From Atractiella rhizophila (lineage: Eukaryota), in the NCBI GenBank assembly GCA_021432655.1, contig MU271511.1, forward strand, positions 1-51,464: a stretch of 51,464 bases of DNA, written 5' to 3'. Under the pieces are notes generated by a model, which saw only the letters and a program-made list of their open reading frames with translations, ran no database searches and was not told the origin of the DNA. Position numbers and translations under genes: made by a program. The number at the start of each line of letters is the position of its first letter. Position 1 is the stretch's first letter. Below are positions 27,234 to 40,412 of the stretch, piece by piece.

Positions 27234-28834
27234 CCTCAACAAAAGCGTTGCTTGTCGATATCGGCTTAAAAAATTATTGGGAGCTTCGCTGAAGGATCGA
27301 ATTGGCGGAGTCACGTCTTGTGTAAAATCGGGCTGCCGAACCCGAGATGGACGGAAAGTGCTATATCGTAGTATTTTACATTTCCATCCTTTCATTGTGT
27401 TCATGGGAGCCACGAATAAAGATCTAAGTTCAGAGTCTCATTCAACCTTTAATGACGGCAGAATGGACAAAGAAAGATAGTAAATCGATGGCGCCGTCAA
27501 ACTAAGCTATAAGATCAATCTTTACTACCGCCGTCAATCACGGTCCATGTAGCATTGCAGTGGAAATAATCTCTTCTCTCGAAGCTGGAGGTATCAGGTG
27601 ACTGGAGAAAACGGATTCATGTGTCCGCAGATTAGTGCGAGGTAGTTCGTAGTTCATACGACTTATTCAGGACAAATTGCCAGAGTGTGCGCTTGTTTCG
27701 ATGGATCATATGCTAACCGAACTGAGATCGCGAAGGAGGTAAATGGTTGAACTGAGATGATGAAGAAGAGTCTTAAAATTGAGCTCCCAGTGGAAGTGCT
27801 GGATTGGAACAATCGCGGGCATGTCGTCGTAAAATATGGCTCTCAGGCCACAATATGCCAGTGATTTTACAGAAAAGAACGATGATGACAAAAAGAACTC
27901 GGAATGTTAAGTATTACAGGGAAATTCCTAAGTGTAAATATCGCTGCAATTGAAAACACCATCATGATGCTGTGTCCTGGGTCTATGTTGGAGATGTGTA
28001 AAATGTTAGTAATACTTTATTCATGAACATTCTGGAAGTTTCTATTTGCCCCAATCTCTCATGTATATAAACACCTGTTTTTGTGTTTCTGCTGCTCAAG
28101 CGTTTGCAAGAGCTCAGCCAAACATAATACATTTGTTTGAGATTAACAAATCAGCAGAGAAAAACAACGGTCTAGCACTACCATAACTTGTAGCCCTGGT
28201 TAACTTGGGTACCATCCTCCCCACATAACGCATGAGCACCTTTATTCTAGTGTACCTCCACTACTAGATCGATATACCTACTGCCATGTCCTGTAAACTT
28301 CAGTGTAAACTTCAGTGGCAGTCATGCAATCATGCACGCTTCAAATACCCTCCATCAATGATCCAAACAAACTCGACATGAGTAGAAAAGGCGAAATGTG
28401 CGACGGGACGCAGAACCTCTCCAGTTCAAAAGTCGAGGGTGGGTGCGATGTTGGCAACTTGTTTCACGTGACTCAGACTCGCTGAACTACATGATTCATG
28501 AGCTGAGCTGAAAGCACAATAAGCCCCTGCCGCCATACCCATAGACATAAAGCGGGAGTGATGGCTCTCAACGCACCTCTGCTAAGAGATAACGACCCCA
28601 ATCTAAATGCTCCTGCCTTTGATTTCGAAGTCGACGAGTCCGTCGAACTCTCAATTAGCAACAATCACGATTCCTCTCCTGTTTCTGTGAGCGTGAGCCA
28701 ACAGAGCGAGAAGGTAGCAGCTCCCCGCGTTGACATTGATTTGCTGAGCGATACCTCAAGTTTGTCCGTTTCTCTTAGCCATGACAATGCCTTCCAGCGC
28801 ACATCTCAATATCCACTTTGAATGACCATTGCTC

Positions 28835-30325
28835 ATGCCGTATCGTGCCAATAACATCAATATGCCATCGTAGCTGCTAGATTCATGCAGAAAACACATT
28901 CGCTGACAATAAATCTACAGAAAATCATGCACGTTCGACTTCTCTGCTCTCCCACTCCTTCCAGCTTCCCTCATCGTCTCCCAATTCTCGCTCTCCCCCC
29001 GGTCGTCCCGCTCCATCGCACCACTGGCCAAATCACTCCGTCGTACGCTCGTCGCCCTCTCCTGCGTTAACATGTCTACCAGAGAACTCGTCGGGCCTTT
29101 GCTCTTCTCCTTTATCTCGCTTCCTGTTCGTTCGTCTGTTTCTGAAACTGGCGAGGAGCGGGCACCATTCCCTGAACGGTGGAAGAGCGCAGTGAGAGAG
29201 CTGATCCTGAGGATATCCGCGAAGGACGGCGGCGTAGACGGAGTTCGAAGCTGCCTGGAGCAGATCGAGTTCTTAAAGTGGACCCTACACCTTCGTCGAG
29301 TTCAGATCGACTTCGCCGACGCGGAAGGAGGCAAGAAAAGCTCGAATGCATTCCTGGCCCTGTTGGACTATCTAAGATCTCTCAAGAGGTCCTCTCCCTT
29401 CGAGCTAGCCTTTGCTAGTGACTCGTCCTCCGACCTCCAGGCCGCAGTGGAGAGCTTCGCCTCTCCTTCAGAGTCAATGCCACCGTCCCTCGGAACAGGC
29501 GGATTGACAACTCTAGATGTGGAAGTCGGACAATATTCCTCCTTCTTCACACTCTTAAAATCACTTCCATCTCCCATCACGTCCCTCCGCCTCGTCCCAA
29601 CAGTACCCTTTGAAGAACCCACGATACCGCCGTTCCATCTCCTGCCAACGACCATCACCTACCTCACCATCTATTCTGCCCTCGCTGCCAGTCCAGATTA
29701 TGTCCACTTCCCTTTCTCCCTTCTTCACGACCTCCTCTCTGCCTCGTCCGCCTCCCTCCGCTCCCTAACTTTACACTCCATTCTGTCCCATCCCGACTCT
29801 GATCGCCCCAGTACGAGTTCACGTCCCACCTTCAATTCCAGCCCTGACATCAACATTGCGATTCCTCCTGCTCCGCACCTACCTCAGCTCCGGTTTCTCT
29901 CCCTAACGAACTCTCTAAATGTCACCACACTCTCCTACTTCTCCCTCCTCCCCTCTGTGCAAAGACTGGAGGTAGAAGAGTGGACCGACCTACCCGCGCT
30001 GGTCAAGTCCCTACCCATCTTTTCCCTCCTGCACCTCCAACGCACCAACTGGCCAGCACTCCGAGAACTCGGGATCGGAAGGACGGTGACAAGGGCGTTA
30101 GCTTCCCATCTCGGGGCGGACGACATGTGGAACTGGATTCGGGCTGGGGATAGGGATCCTGTCAAGGACTTGGATAGGTTGATGCAGTCTTGGATCACGG
30201 AGAGGTGTCAGCAACTGGGCGTCTACGTGAGAGACTCCCAGGGGTATTGGAGGGAGTTTAGGAGGTGGAAGGAACTTGTGCCAGCTGGCGAGGTCGGAGT
30301 GACGTCGTGGGAGCCGTGGTGGTGA
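28835..30325 (+). CDS. F-box-like protein with degenerate leucine-rich repeats (copy 1)
   Basis: Predicted 5-nt first exon ATGCC (28835-28839) and intron 28840-28920 give MPKSCTFDFSALP..LVALSCVNMSTRELVGPLLF, in frame with the 417-aa ORF. Later LxxLxL repeats: LTTLDV, ITSLRL, ITYLTI, LRSLTL, LRFLSL, VQRLEV, WPALRELGI. Confidence 0.65.
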
Positions 30326-30507
30326 CCTTCCAAGCTCTTCTTTATGCTTCAATTACGCCAACCACCGTCGCGTCAGCAGCGCGTCCCCAGTTGTTTATTG
30401 CAAGAAATAGAAAGTAACGTTGATGTATCGAATACATTCCATTGGATTTCAGTTTTGTGCAATGTTAGTTGGTACAGCCTATCAATTCTTTGAGCTTTGA
30501 TCGATGA

Positions 30508-31729
30508 TCACTGGAGCTTCAACCCGGTCTTCTCCTCCAAATACTGCTTCCACTGCTCCTTGGTGAAACTAGAAGAGATCGAGGGTTCGATGATGCCATC
30601 GAGGAGGACAGTGGGAGACACGTGTATGCCATTTTGTCTAGTCGTCCGTCACCGACGCGCCAGGCCGTCCATCAGCGTCGTGTTATGGATGAAGAAGGCA
30701 ATGGAAGAGAGCACGAACCTGGAGATCTTCACTGCGTACTTGAATTCTGTCGTGATGGGGTTAGCAGAGTTCCCCTTGCCTTTCGCCCAGTTGTGATCAT
30801 TGAGAGCTAAAGCAGCGGAAAGGACGAACCAGTCGTCGTTAATTTCAGGATGTCGGATGAAGAGATGCCAACAGTCTCCTCTGCGAACTTCGCTAACTCT
30901 TCGCGAACTTGAATGAGCGTCTTAGCCGCCACTGATACATCAGCAGAAGGTCATTCGAGTTTTGCCTACATTCTAGAGAAGGGCATACCATGTTCATCGA
31001 AGAATTGTTCTTGAATCTACTCCCAGTTGAGTTCGGGACTTGCCATTTGTTTTATTGAGGAAGGGATAGTCTTATAGTGGGAGAAAGTGCGGACGAAGAC
31101 TGACCTTCATGAAAGCCAGAGAATATTTCCAGAATACCTCCTTCGCCTCCTCGCTCCTAATCCCCTTGCTCTCACTACTCAACTTAGCGACAGCGAGACC
31201 AGTCTCGTGGACGAGGGTAGATTGGGCGTGCCTATCCCGTTCGGTGATTTCCATCAGAATATGAGCAGTGAAGGGAAACAACAGGAAAGATGAACCAAGG
31301 TTGGACTTGAGGACGGAAGACGAAGGAAACTTCCTCTTTCAAGCTGGGATTGTTGGTGAAGAGCGGGAACACATCCCTCTCGATCCCTGCACAATTCATT
31401 TCAATGTGATCAAGTTGCCATATAGCAGGAAAGCGTACCGATAAGGATCTTGCTGTGTAGGGAAGCACGCCAGATTGTTCAAGATTGCATCATGCAAGGT
31501 GGAGGGAATACGAACGCGGAGAAGGGGCAGACGTAGTCGAGATACACTGTCCATGTAGCCAGCCAATTACCTGCTGTAATCACCATGCAAAATTGAAATA
31601 CGCACGCTCGATGGTGTGAGTAGCAGTCTCAGATCCCCATCTCAGCGGCCTTAAAACGGGATTCAACCTTGCAGCCAACTCCATCAGCTAGTTCCCCGTA
31701 AGAATTTACAAGAGGTGAACCCACGCCAT
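30508..31729 (-). CDS. Thioredoxin-fold (DsbA/Thioredoxin_4-like) protein (copy 1)
   Basis: Many small exons splice to MALNPVLRPLRWGSETATHTIELYLDYVCPFSAK..FVFRPQVQPWHAQSTLVHE..FWKYS..GIHVSPTVLLDG..SISSSFTKEQW. Confidence 0.82.
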
Positions 31730-31936
31730 TTTTGTGTCTGAAACGGAAGAAGGGGCTTATCGAAAGAAATTCAAGCTAGATATCTGCTTCGCCGTTTGGA
31801 GCATGCAGCAGTGTTGCAAACAGCAGTGTTGCCTCAGGGGCTTTTCTTCCACGCCTTTGGGGCTGCGACGCGAAGTTGTTATTGAACCACTTATACACGC
31901 GACCTTTCACCATTTTCCTGCAAAAGCTAGCTGGAA

Positions 31937-34561
31937 ATGTCATACGTGGTACCCAGGGGACACAAGAGTGACAAGGGGCTAAAGAAGGAGAATAGGCAGG
32001 CGAAGTTGAGTTTTGGGAAGGAGGGGTTGAAGGTCTTGTCGTCCCAATCACCAGACACGTCTCAGTCTGCACAGCGCACTCAGGTAGGTTCTCCCTTCCA
32101 TGTATTTCAACTAGCAGACGGAGTGATGGCTGTGGACCTGTGAAGAAGAATGGGTCGAAGCCGCCACCGCCAACTCAAGTACCCTCGTCTCCTTCTCAAC
32201 CTTCAAAGCGGCGCAAACGCAGCCGTTCCACCAATTCAGACGCCGAAGACGAAGAAGATTTCATCGAGAAGGCAACGGATGGCAAGAGGAAGAAGGCACG
32301 ATTTGAGTCAGAAATTGAGTCTAGACCGAGGATTTCGAAGCACCTCACCTCTAGGCGACTGAAGTCAGAGGATGATCCACTAATTGTGAGGGAAGAGAAG
32401 CGGAGCATGGTGGATTTCGACAAATCATTTCCTCTCCATTTGCGAAGTCAAAGACGAGTCCTTTCTCCGCACGTCCTCCACCATCCGTTACATCTCAGCA
32501 GACAGTCCACCAAGAAGCTAAAGTCACAGTAGAAAAACCCAAGGTGGAGGGGAAGGGGGAGAACGGTGGTGCACGCGACATCCTTTATAGTTCTACATCG
32601 TCGCCAGCTCACATCTCTAACCGCGATGCCATCCCTAGCCCTTATGCCGAGGATACCTCCAACAACAGTACACCTGACCGCCCTTACTCAACCTCGAAAT
32701 CCAGCAGACCACATTCCAGTATACCCCGTCATGTTCTCAACCGGATCATTCGTCCAAAATCCTCTCCGACTCCCCCTCCTTCAACGGCACGTCGGTATCC
32801 TCCCGTCTCTGCCTTTCCAAAGCCGGATTCCCTTGATAGATTGCTCGGAGGTGACGAGGAATTTATGCGTCATGGAATGGGGAGCAATAGTACACCTCGT
32901 GCGTTTTATCCTGGCTTTAAGCTTGTATACTGACTGCTTTGCCCAGGCTCGTCCGAAGAATCAATATCAGAGATTAAGAGGAGGATCAAGGAGTCCGTCA
33001 GGGCAAAGAAGGAAGCGAAGCGCCGAGCAGCTGAAGTACAAGGTGTTGAAGACGTTTCAATACCTTCATCCGCCTTCAGAAAAGAAGATTTGCCCCTCCC
33101 TTCGTCCATCTCGAGTATTCCCATGTCAACCAGCACCGCGACGAATGTGAAGAGAAGGAGGGCTCAGACTCCCACTCCCTCGTCTTCCCCACCACAACCC
33201 CCGCTCTCGCCAGATACCCAGCTCTTGAACCTCGAGCCCCCACCCTTGCGCTTGCGTGGGAAACACGGAGCAGGGCAGCTGGAAGATGTGGGGGAAGAAG
33301 ACGTGGTCGAGACGCAATTTTTGAAGGATTTAGGCGTCTTTAGCCAAGTGGAAGCGGACTCGGATATGGAAGATGTCGAGAGGAGGAGGAGAGAGCCAGA
33401 AAATTCTGAGATGCTACCGAGGGATTTGATGGTAGGAGAAGAGACCCAACGACATTGGATTGAAGAAGCGGAGCAGTGTAACATGAACCGGAAGCAGACG
33501 AGAGACGAAGAAATCGAGACGCAGCATCTGAGAGATCTCGACGTCCTTTCCCAAGTCTCCGGGGCCGAATACGACGACTCCGGATACTTTGAGAACATCC
33601 CATCATGCCCCCCTTCCCCGTTTCGAACAAGATCGACGAATTTGATGCTCCGGATGATGTCCCTGCGGATGGCAGAGATGCCCCCATTGAAACCCAATTC
33701 TTGGCGAATCTCGATGTTTTGTCACAAGTAGACGGACCAGAGCAGCAGCAAGAAGAATCTCAGCTGCCTTGGTCTCCACCACGACCCTCAGGGATCAGGA
33801 GGACGTCAAACTGGTTCGGGGATGCTGCGATGGGAATGGAACAACTTGGGAAGTTAGTGACACCTCCGAAGAAGAGGAAGAAGGATATGAGACTGTCATC
33901 AGGAAAAGATATGGAGGAAGCAGTAAAGCATTGGAAGGCTATCGATATCGTGGCTGACGGGGTAGTGGAGAAGAGGAGTCAGGGCTCGAGACAGGGAAAG
34001 TTGGATGGGTTCGTGAAGGTTGCCCGAAGGGGAAGGAAGGAGGAAGCTGAGCTGTTGAGACAGCTGAGAGGGCATGGCAGAAGTCAGAGTCACAAGGGAG
34101 CGTCGGGGCAGGGGAAAGTGGATCTGGAAGATGTTGACAGTACGGACGATGAAGATTTCTCGTGGAGAGATGTAAGAGAGAAGGAGCGAGTCAGGAGCCT
34201 AAACGAGAAGGAGAAGACGAGGCTGAAGCAAGTGAGTCTCCCGTGGGCGAAACCTCAGCCTCCGCCCATTTTACTGTCACGAGAACGTCCTTCATCTCAT
34301 CCCCCGCATGCTCTTCAGACTCGAGGAGTCTCTAACACCCAGCGTTCTCCCTCTCCTCCTACTCAAGCGCAGTCTTCCCCCTCTCCCGGCCGTCCGCCTT
34401 CCAACGAACTTGCCAAAGTGTCGAATGCGCATCTGACCGTGCTGATCTACTATTGGACTGGGACTCGGAAGAATCCTTGCACACCCCGTCTGATCTTTCA
34501 CAACTACCTCAGTCGGTTCAGGATGATTGGACGATCCATCGAATTGAGGACGAAAAGTTGA
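31937..34561 (+). pseudogene. Disordered ETQ/SQ-repeat protein (copy 1), two apparent 1-nt frameshifts
   Basis: Same gene as 40413-43042 but one C shorter at about 32430 and about 33620, which splits the ORFs. These may be homopolymer consensus errors rather than true lesions. Confidence 0.5.
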
Positions 34562-34828
34562 AAAAGTGGCAGGAGTATGCGAGCAGTGGGGACGACGACT
34601 GATTCTTCTGTCGGATTTGGATTACGGATTTGCTTTTACAAGTTACAACATGAGATCCACCATGGCACAGTAGTGTACTCCAGACATGGAGCTTTGTTAG
34701 GAGTACGACATCCATTTGCAGAGTCAGTCCGATAAAGACAAATAATGTGAATAACATCATTCATAAACATTTTTCTACCCTTTGTTCCATCATTTTGCAT
34801 TTGAGAACATGCGGTCAGAGTAGAGGAA

Positions 34829-36214
34829 TCAGCCCTCGAACCCCGCGACTTCCAGCACCGTTGCGAACTACCCGGTTCCCTCTGAGCATCGCCTTTCCTC
34901 TGCATCAATTGGGAGAACTTACAACGACCCTGCTGATCGCTCGGATTTGCTCAATGTCGTATCCCTCTCTGTCAACGACGTCGCCGCAGTTGTGATACCT
35001 TCGTCCATTCATGTCATGAGATGGGCAACTTCTTAGGACAAGGAAGGGTGGGGGGGCGTACATGGGATCAGCGATGGGGCCTCGCCTCTCAAACACCTGT
35101 GTGGACGCGAATCCCTGATTGAAAAAGCTCTACCTCCGCTGATCAGTCCGCCCGCTCAATATCGAACACATCCGTGGAAAATGGATGGAAGGAGGAAGAA
35201 ACGGACGAACCTGATGGTCGGAGCAACAGGCACCGGTGACACCGATGGCGAGCTCGGGGACGTAGATGCTGGATATGTTGCCGATCAGGTCCCTGGCGAC
35301 GGGGAGGTCGAAGCGGTCTGGGAAGGCGAGTTGGAGGGGTTCGCCGGGCTTGCGGTAGCCGAGCATGTCTCCTGTTACACCACATCCCCATCCACCCAAA
35401 GAATATCAGAGCACGTTCTTTCCTGGAGTGAGAGGGAGAGGAGGGACAGGACGGGGTTGGAGAGTGGGGGGATGGATGGATGGGAGATCGAACCTTGGAT
35501 CATCAACGCGACATCTCCTCCTTCCCTCCTCCTCAATCCGCTCGCAAAGAAAGCACTTCCTACGAGCCCTTGCTCTTCTCCGCAAAGGCGGCGAGTATGA
35601 CTGTCTTCTTGAACTTGATGCGCTGTTCATGAATAGCCTGGGAGATTGCCAACCTGTCAAGTCATGAGCACTGCTTGGTCACGATTATTCGGAGCCATAG
35701 ACTAACAGCATGGACGTTCCTGTAAGAGGAGAGGAGAGGAGGTCAGGTTGTGTGAGGATGCAGGATGGCGGGAAAGCAAGACGCACCGGACCCATCATCG
35801 TCTCCTCCAGGAGCTCTCGAGTCTCCAAAGGTCCCGCGAGAATCATAATGCGCACCCACGACGACCCAGGCCGGCGTCCTCGAGCTCTCCATCCTCGGTG
35901 GGGGTCGCACCCACGCCTTCGTAGTAGCAAATCACGTTCGGGTTATATCCGTTCCTAAACTTCTGGAGGCGACAGAGTGCGCCGTTCTTTTCGAACTGCA
36001 CATCATCATAATATCCTACATTAGGAAAAGGAAAAAGAGAAAGGGAAAGGAGGAGGGACGAACTTGGGATTGGATCCATTTGCTGGCTTTCTCGCCTCCG
36101 GTCGAGAACGAGTGTCGAGAGTTCCACTCCTGATGCGTGGCCCCGGTGAGGTGGTCGAGCGAGGTCTTGAACTGTTGGGTGGAGGGAAAGGCGAGCAGGG
36201 CCTTTGAGATCTTG
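34829..36214 (-). CDS. M28 peptidase, 3' part (copy 1, cut by assembly gap)
   Basis: Same exons as 43309-45259 (GAHYDSRG, GEEQGLVGS, DMLGY, CCSDHQ). An extra C at about 35866 causes an apparent frameshift. The 5' part is missing beyond the gap. Confidence 0.7.
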
Positions 36215-36239
36215 NNNNNNNNNNNNNNNNNNNNNNNNN
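36215..36239. other. Assembly gap (25 N)
   Basis: Run of 25 n characters exactly at the junction of the two duplicated copies. Confidence 0.99.
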
Positions 36240-37328
36240 GAACTGAGATCGCGAAGGAGGTAAATGGTCGAACTGAGAGGATGAAGAAGAGTCTTAATAT
36301 TGAGCTCCCAGTGGAAGTGCTGGATTGGAACAATCGCGGGGCATGTCGTCGTAAAATATGGCTCTCAGGCCACAATATGCCAGTAATTTTACAGAAAAGA
36401 ACGATGGTGACAAAAAGAACTCGGAATGTTGAGCATTACAGGGAAATTGCTAAGTGTAAATATCGCTGCAATTGAATACATCGTCATGATGCTGTATCCT
36501 GGGTCTATGTTGGAGATGTGTAAAATGTTAGTAATACTTTCTTCATGAACATTCTGGAAGTTTCTATTTGCCCTAATCTCTCATGTATATAAACACCTGT
36601 TCTTGTGTTTCTGCTGCTCAAGCCTTTGCAAAACGTAATACATTTGTTTGAGATTAACAAAGCAGCAGAGAAAAACAACGGTCTAGTACTACCATAACTT
36701 GTAGCTCTGATTAACTTGGGTACCATCCTCCCCACATAATGCATGAGCACCTGTATTCTAGTGTACCTCCACTACGAGATCGATATACCTACTGCCATTT
36801 CCGTTAAACTTCAGGGGCAGTCATGCCATCATGCACGCTTCAAATACCCTCCATCAATGATCCCAACAAACTCGACACGTGTGTAGAAAAGGCGAAATGT
36901 GGGACGGGACGCAGAACCCCTCCAGTTCAAAAGTCAAGGTGCGATGTTGGCAAACAGTTTCACGTGACTCAGAGTCGCTGAACTCCATGATTCAAGCTGA
37001 GCTGAAAGCACAATAAGCCCATGCCGCCATACTCATAGACATAAAGCGGGAGTGATGGCTCTCAACGCACCTCTGCTAAGAGATAACGACCCCAATCTAA
37101 ATGCTCCTGCCTTCGATTTCGAACTCGACGAGTCCGTCGACCTCTCAATTAGCAATAATCACGATTCCTCTCCTGTTTCTGTGAGCGTGAGCCAACAGAG
37201 CGAGAAGGTAGCAGCTCCCGGCGTTGACATTGATTTGCTGAGCGATATCTCAAGTTTGTCCGTTTCTCTTCGCCATGACACTGCCTTCCAGCGCAAATCT
37301 CAATATCCGCCTTGAATGACCATTGCTC

Positions 37329-38819
37329 ATGCCGTATGGTGCCAATAACATCAATATGCCATCGTAGCTGCTAGATCCATGCAGAAAACACGTTCGCTGA
37401 CAATAAATTTACAGAAAATCATGCACGTTCGACTTCTCTGCTCTCCCACTCCTTCCAGCTTCCCTCATCGTCTCCCAATTCTCGCTCTCCCCCCGGTCGT
37501 CTCGCTCCATCGCACCACTGGCCAAATCCCTCCGTCGTACGCTCGTCGCCCTCTCCTGCGTCAACATGTCCACCAGAGAACTCGTCGGGCCTTTGCTCTT
37601 CTCCTCTGTCTCGCTTCCTGTTCGTCCGTCTGTTTCTGAAACTGGCGAGGAGCGGGCACCATTCCCTGAACGGTGGAAGAGCGCAGTGAGAGAGCTCACC
37701 CTGAGGATATCCGCGAAGGACGGCGGCGTAGACGGAGTTCGAAGCTGCCTGGAGCAGATCGAGTTCTCAAAGTGGACCCTACACCTTCGTCGAGTTCAGA
37801 TCGACTTCGCCGACGCGGAAGGAGGCAAGAAAAGCTCGAAGGCATTCCTGGCCCTGTTGGACTATCTAAGATCTCTCAAGAGGTCCTCTCCCTTCGAGCT
37901 AGCCTTTGCCAGTGACTCGTCCTCCGACCTCCAGGCCGCAGTGGAGAGCTTCGCCTCTCCTTTAGAGTCAATGCCACCGTCCCTCGGAACAGGCGGATTG
38001 ACAACTCTAGATGTGGAAGTCGGACAATATTCCTCCTTCTTCACACTCTTAAAATCACTTCCATCTCCCATCACGTCCCTCCGCCTCGTCCCAACAGTAC
38101 CCTTTGAAGAACCCACGATACCGCCGTTCCATCTCCTGCCAACGACCATCACCTACCTCACCATCTATTCTGCCCTCGCTGCCAGTCCAGATTATGTTCA
38201 CTTCCCTTTCTCCCTTCTTCACGACCTCCTCTCTGCCTCGTCCGCCTCCCTCCGCTCCCTAACTTTACACTCCATTCTGTCCCATCCCGACTCTGATCGC
38301 CCCAGTACGAGTTCACGTCCCACCTTCAATTCCAGCCCTGACATCAACATTGCGATTCCTCCTGCTCCGCACCTACCTCAGCTCCGGTTTCTCTCCCTAA
38401 CGAACTCTCTAAATGTCACCACACTCTCCTACTTCTCCCTCCTCCCCTCTGTGCAAAGACTGGAGGTAGAAGAGTGGACCGACCTACCCGCGCTGGTCAA
38501 GTCCCTACCCATCTTTTCCCTCCTGCACCTCCAACGCACCAACTGGCCAGCACTCCGAGAACTCGGGATCGGAAGGACGGTGGCACGGGCATTAGCCTCC
38601 CATCTCGGCGCGGACGACATGTGGAACTGGATTCGGGCTGGGGATAGGGATCCTGTCAAGGACTTGGATAGGTTGATGCAGTCTTGGATCACGGAGAGGT
38701 GTCAGCAACTGGGCGTCTACGTGAGAGACTCCCAGGGGTATTGGAGGGAGTTTAGGAGGTGGAAGGAACTTGTGCCAGCTGGCGAGGTCGGAGTGACGTC
38801 GTGGGAGCCGTGGTGGTGA
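37329..38819 (+). CDS. F-box-like protein with degenerate leucine-rich repeats (copy 2)
   Basis: Same structure as copy 1: ATGCC exon 37329-37333, intron 37334-37414 (GTATGG..GCTGAC..ACAG), in frame with the 417-aa ORF. Confidence 0.65.
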
Positions 38820-39001
38820 CCTTCCAAGCTCTTCTTTATGCTTCAATTACGCCAACCACCGTCGCGTCAGCAGCGCGTCCCCAGTTGTTTATTGCAAGAA
38901 ATAGAAAGTAACATTGATATGTCGAATACATTCCATTGGATTTCAGTTTTGTGCAATGTTAGTTGGTACAGCCTATCAATTCTTTGAGCTTTGATCGATG
39001 A

Positions 39002-40220
39002 TCACTGGAGCTTCAACCCGGTCTTCTCCTCCAAATACTGCTTCCACTGCTCCTTGGTGAAACTAGAAGAGATCGAGGGTTCGATGATGCCATCGAGGAG
39101 GACAGTGGGAGACACGTGTATGCCATTTTGTCTAGTCGTCCGTCACCGACGCGCCAGGCCGTCCATCAGCGTCGTGTTATGGATGAAGAAGGCAATGGAA
39201 GAGAGCACGAACCTGGAGATCTTCACTGCGTACTTGAATTCTGTCGTGATGGGGTTAGCAGAGTTCCCCTTGCCTTTCGCCCCGTTTGAGATCATGTCAG
39301 TTGCTCACTAAAGCAACGGAAGGGACGAACCGGTCGTCGTTAATTTCAGGATGTCGGATGAAGAGATGCCAACAGTCTCCTCTGCGAACTTCGCTAACTC
39401 TTCGCGAACTTGAATGAGCGTCTTAGCCGCCACTGATACATCAGCAGAAGGTCATTCGAGTTTTGCCTACATTCTAGAGAAGGGCATACCATGTTCATCG
39501 AAGAATTGTTCTTGAATCTACTCCCAGTTGAGCTCGGGATTTGCCATTTTGTTTATTTAGGAAGGGAGAGTCGTAGAGTGGGAGAAAAGACGGACCTTCA
39601 TGAAAGCCAGAGAATATTTCCAGAATACCTCCTTCGCCTCCTCGCTCCTAATCCCCTTGCTCTCACTACTCAACTTAGCGACAGCGAGACCAGTCTCGTG
39701 GACAAGGGTAGATTGGGCGTGCCTATTCCGTTCGGTGATTTCCATCAGAATATGAGCAGTGAAGGGAAACAACAGGAAAGATGAACCAAGGTTGGACTTG
39801 AGGACGGAAGACGAAGGAAACTTCCTCTTTCAAGCTGGGATTGTTGGTGAAGAGCGGGAACACATCCCTCTCGATCCCTGCACAATTCATTTCAATGTGA
39901 TCAAGTTGCCATATAGCAGGAAAGCGTACCGATAAGGATCTTGCTGTGTAGGGAAGCACGCCAGATTGTTCAAGATTGCATCATGCAAGGTGGAGGGAAT
40001 ACGAACGCGGAGAAGGGGCAGACGTAGTCGAGATACACTGTCCATGTAGCCAGCAAATTACCTGCTGTAATCACCATGCAAAATTGAAATACGCACGCTC
40101 GATGGTGTGAGTAGCAGTCTCAGATCCCCATCTCAGCGGCCTTAAAACGGGATTCAACCTTGCACCCAACTCCATCAGCTAGTTCCCCGTAAGAATTTAC
40201 AAGAGGTGAACCCACGCCAT
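39002..40220 (-). CDS. Thioredoxin-fold (DsbA/Thioredoxin_4-like) protein (copy 2)
   Basis: Same exons as copy 1 with LYLDYVCPFSAK, QVQPWH and HVSPTVLLDG. Confidence 0.82.
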
Positions 40221-40412
40221 TTTTGTGTCTGAAACGGAAGGAGGGGCTTATCGAAAGAAATTCAAGCTAGATATCTGCTTCGCCGTTTGGAGCATGCAGC
40301 AGTGTTGCCTCAGGGGCTTTTCTTCCACGCCTTTGGGGCTGCGACGCGAAGTTGTTATTGAACCACTTATACACGCGACCTTTCACCGTTTTCCTGCAAA
40401 AGCTAGCTGGAA

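Larger units (their letters stand above)
27719..36214. repeat. Copy 1 of ~8.4 kb direct duplication
   Basis: Begins GAACTGAGATCGCGAAGG and ends GAGATCTTG at the N gap. Colinear and near-identical with 36240-44651. Confidence 0.97.

Noticed and set aside
27719..28250. Coding-like minus-strand fragments at the start of the duplicated block (also 36240-36750)
   Set aside because: Interrupted by stops and by indels that differ between the copies; no family recognisable.
28558..28821. 87-aa ORF present in both duplicated copies (also 37052-37315)
   Set aside because: No recognisable domain and 8 amino-acid differences in 87 codons. Its presence twice only reflects the duplication; at most a uORF or promoter sequence.
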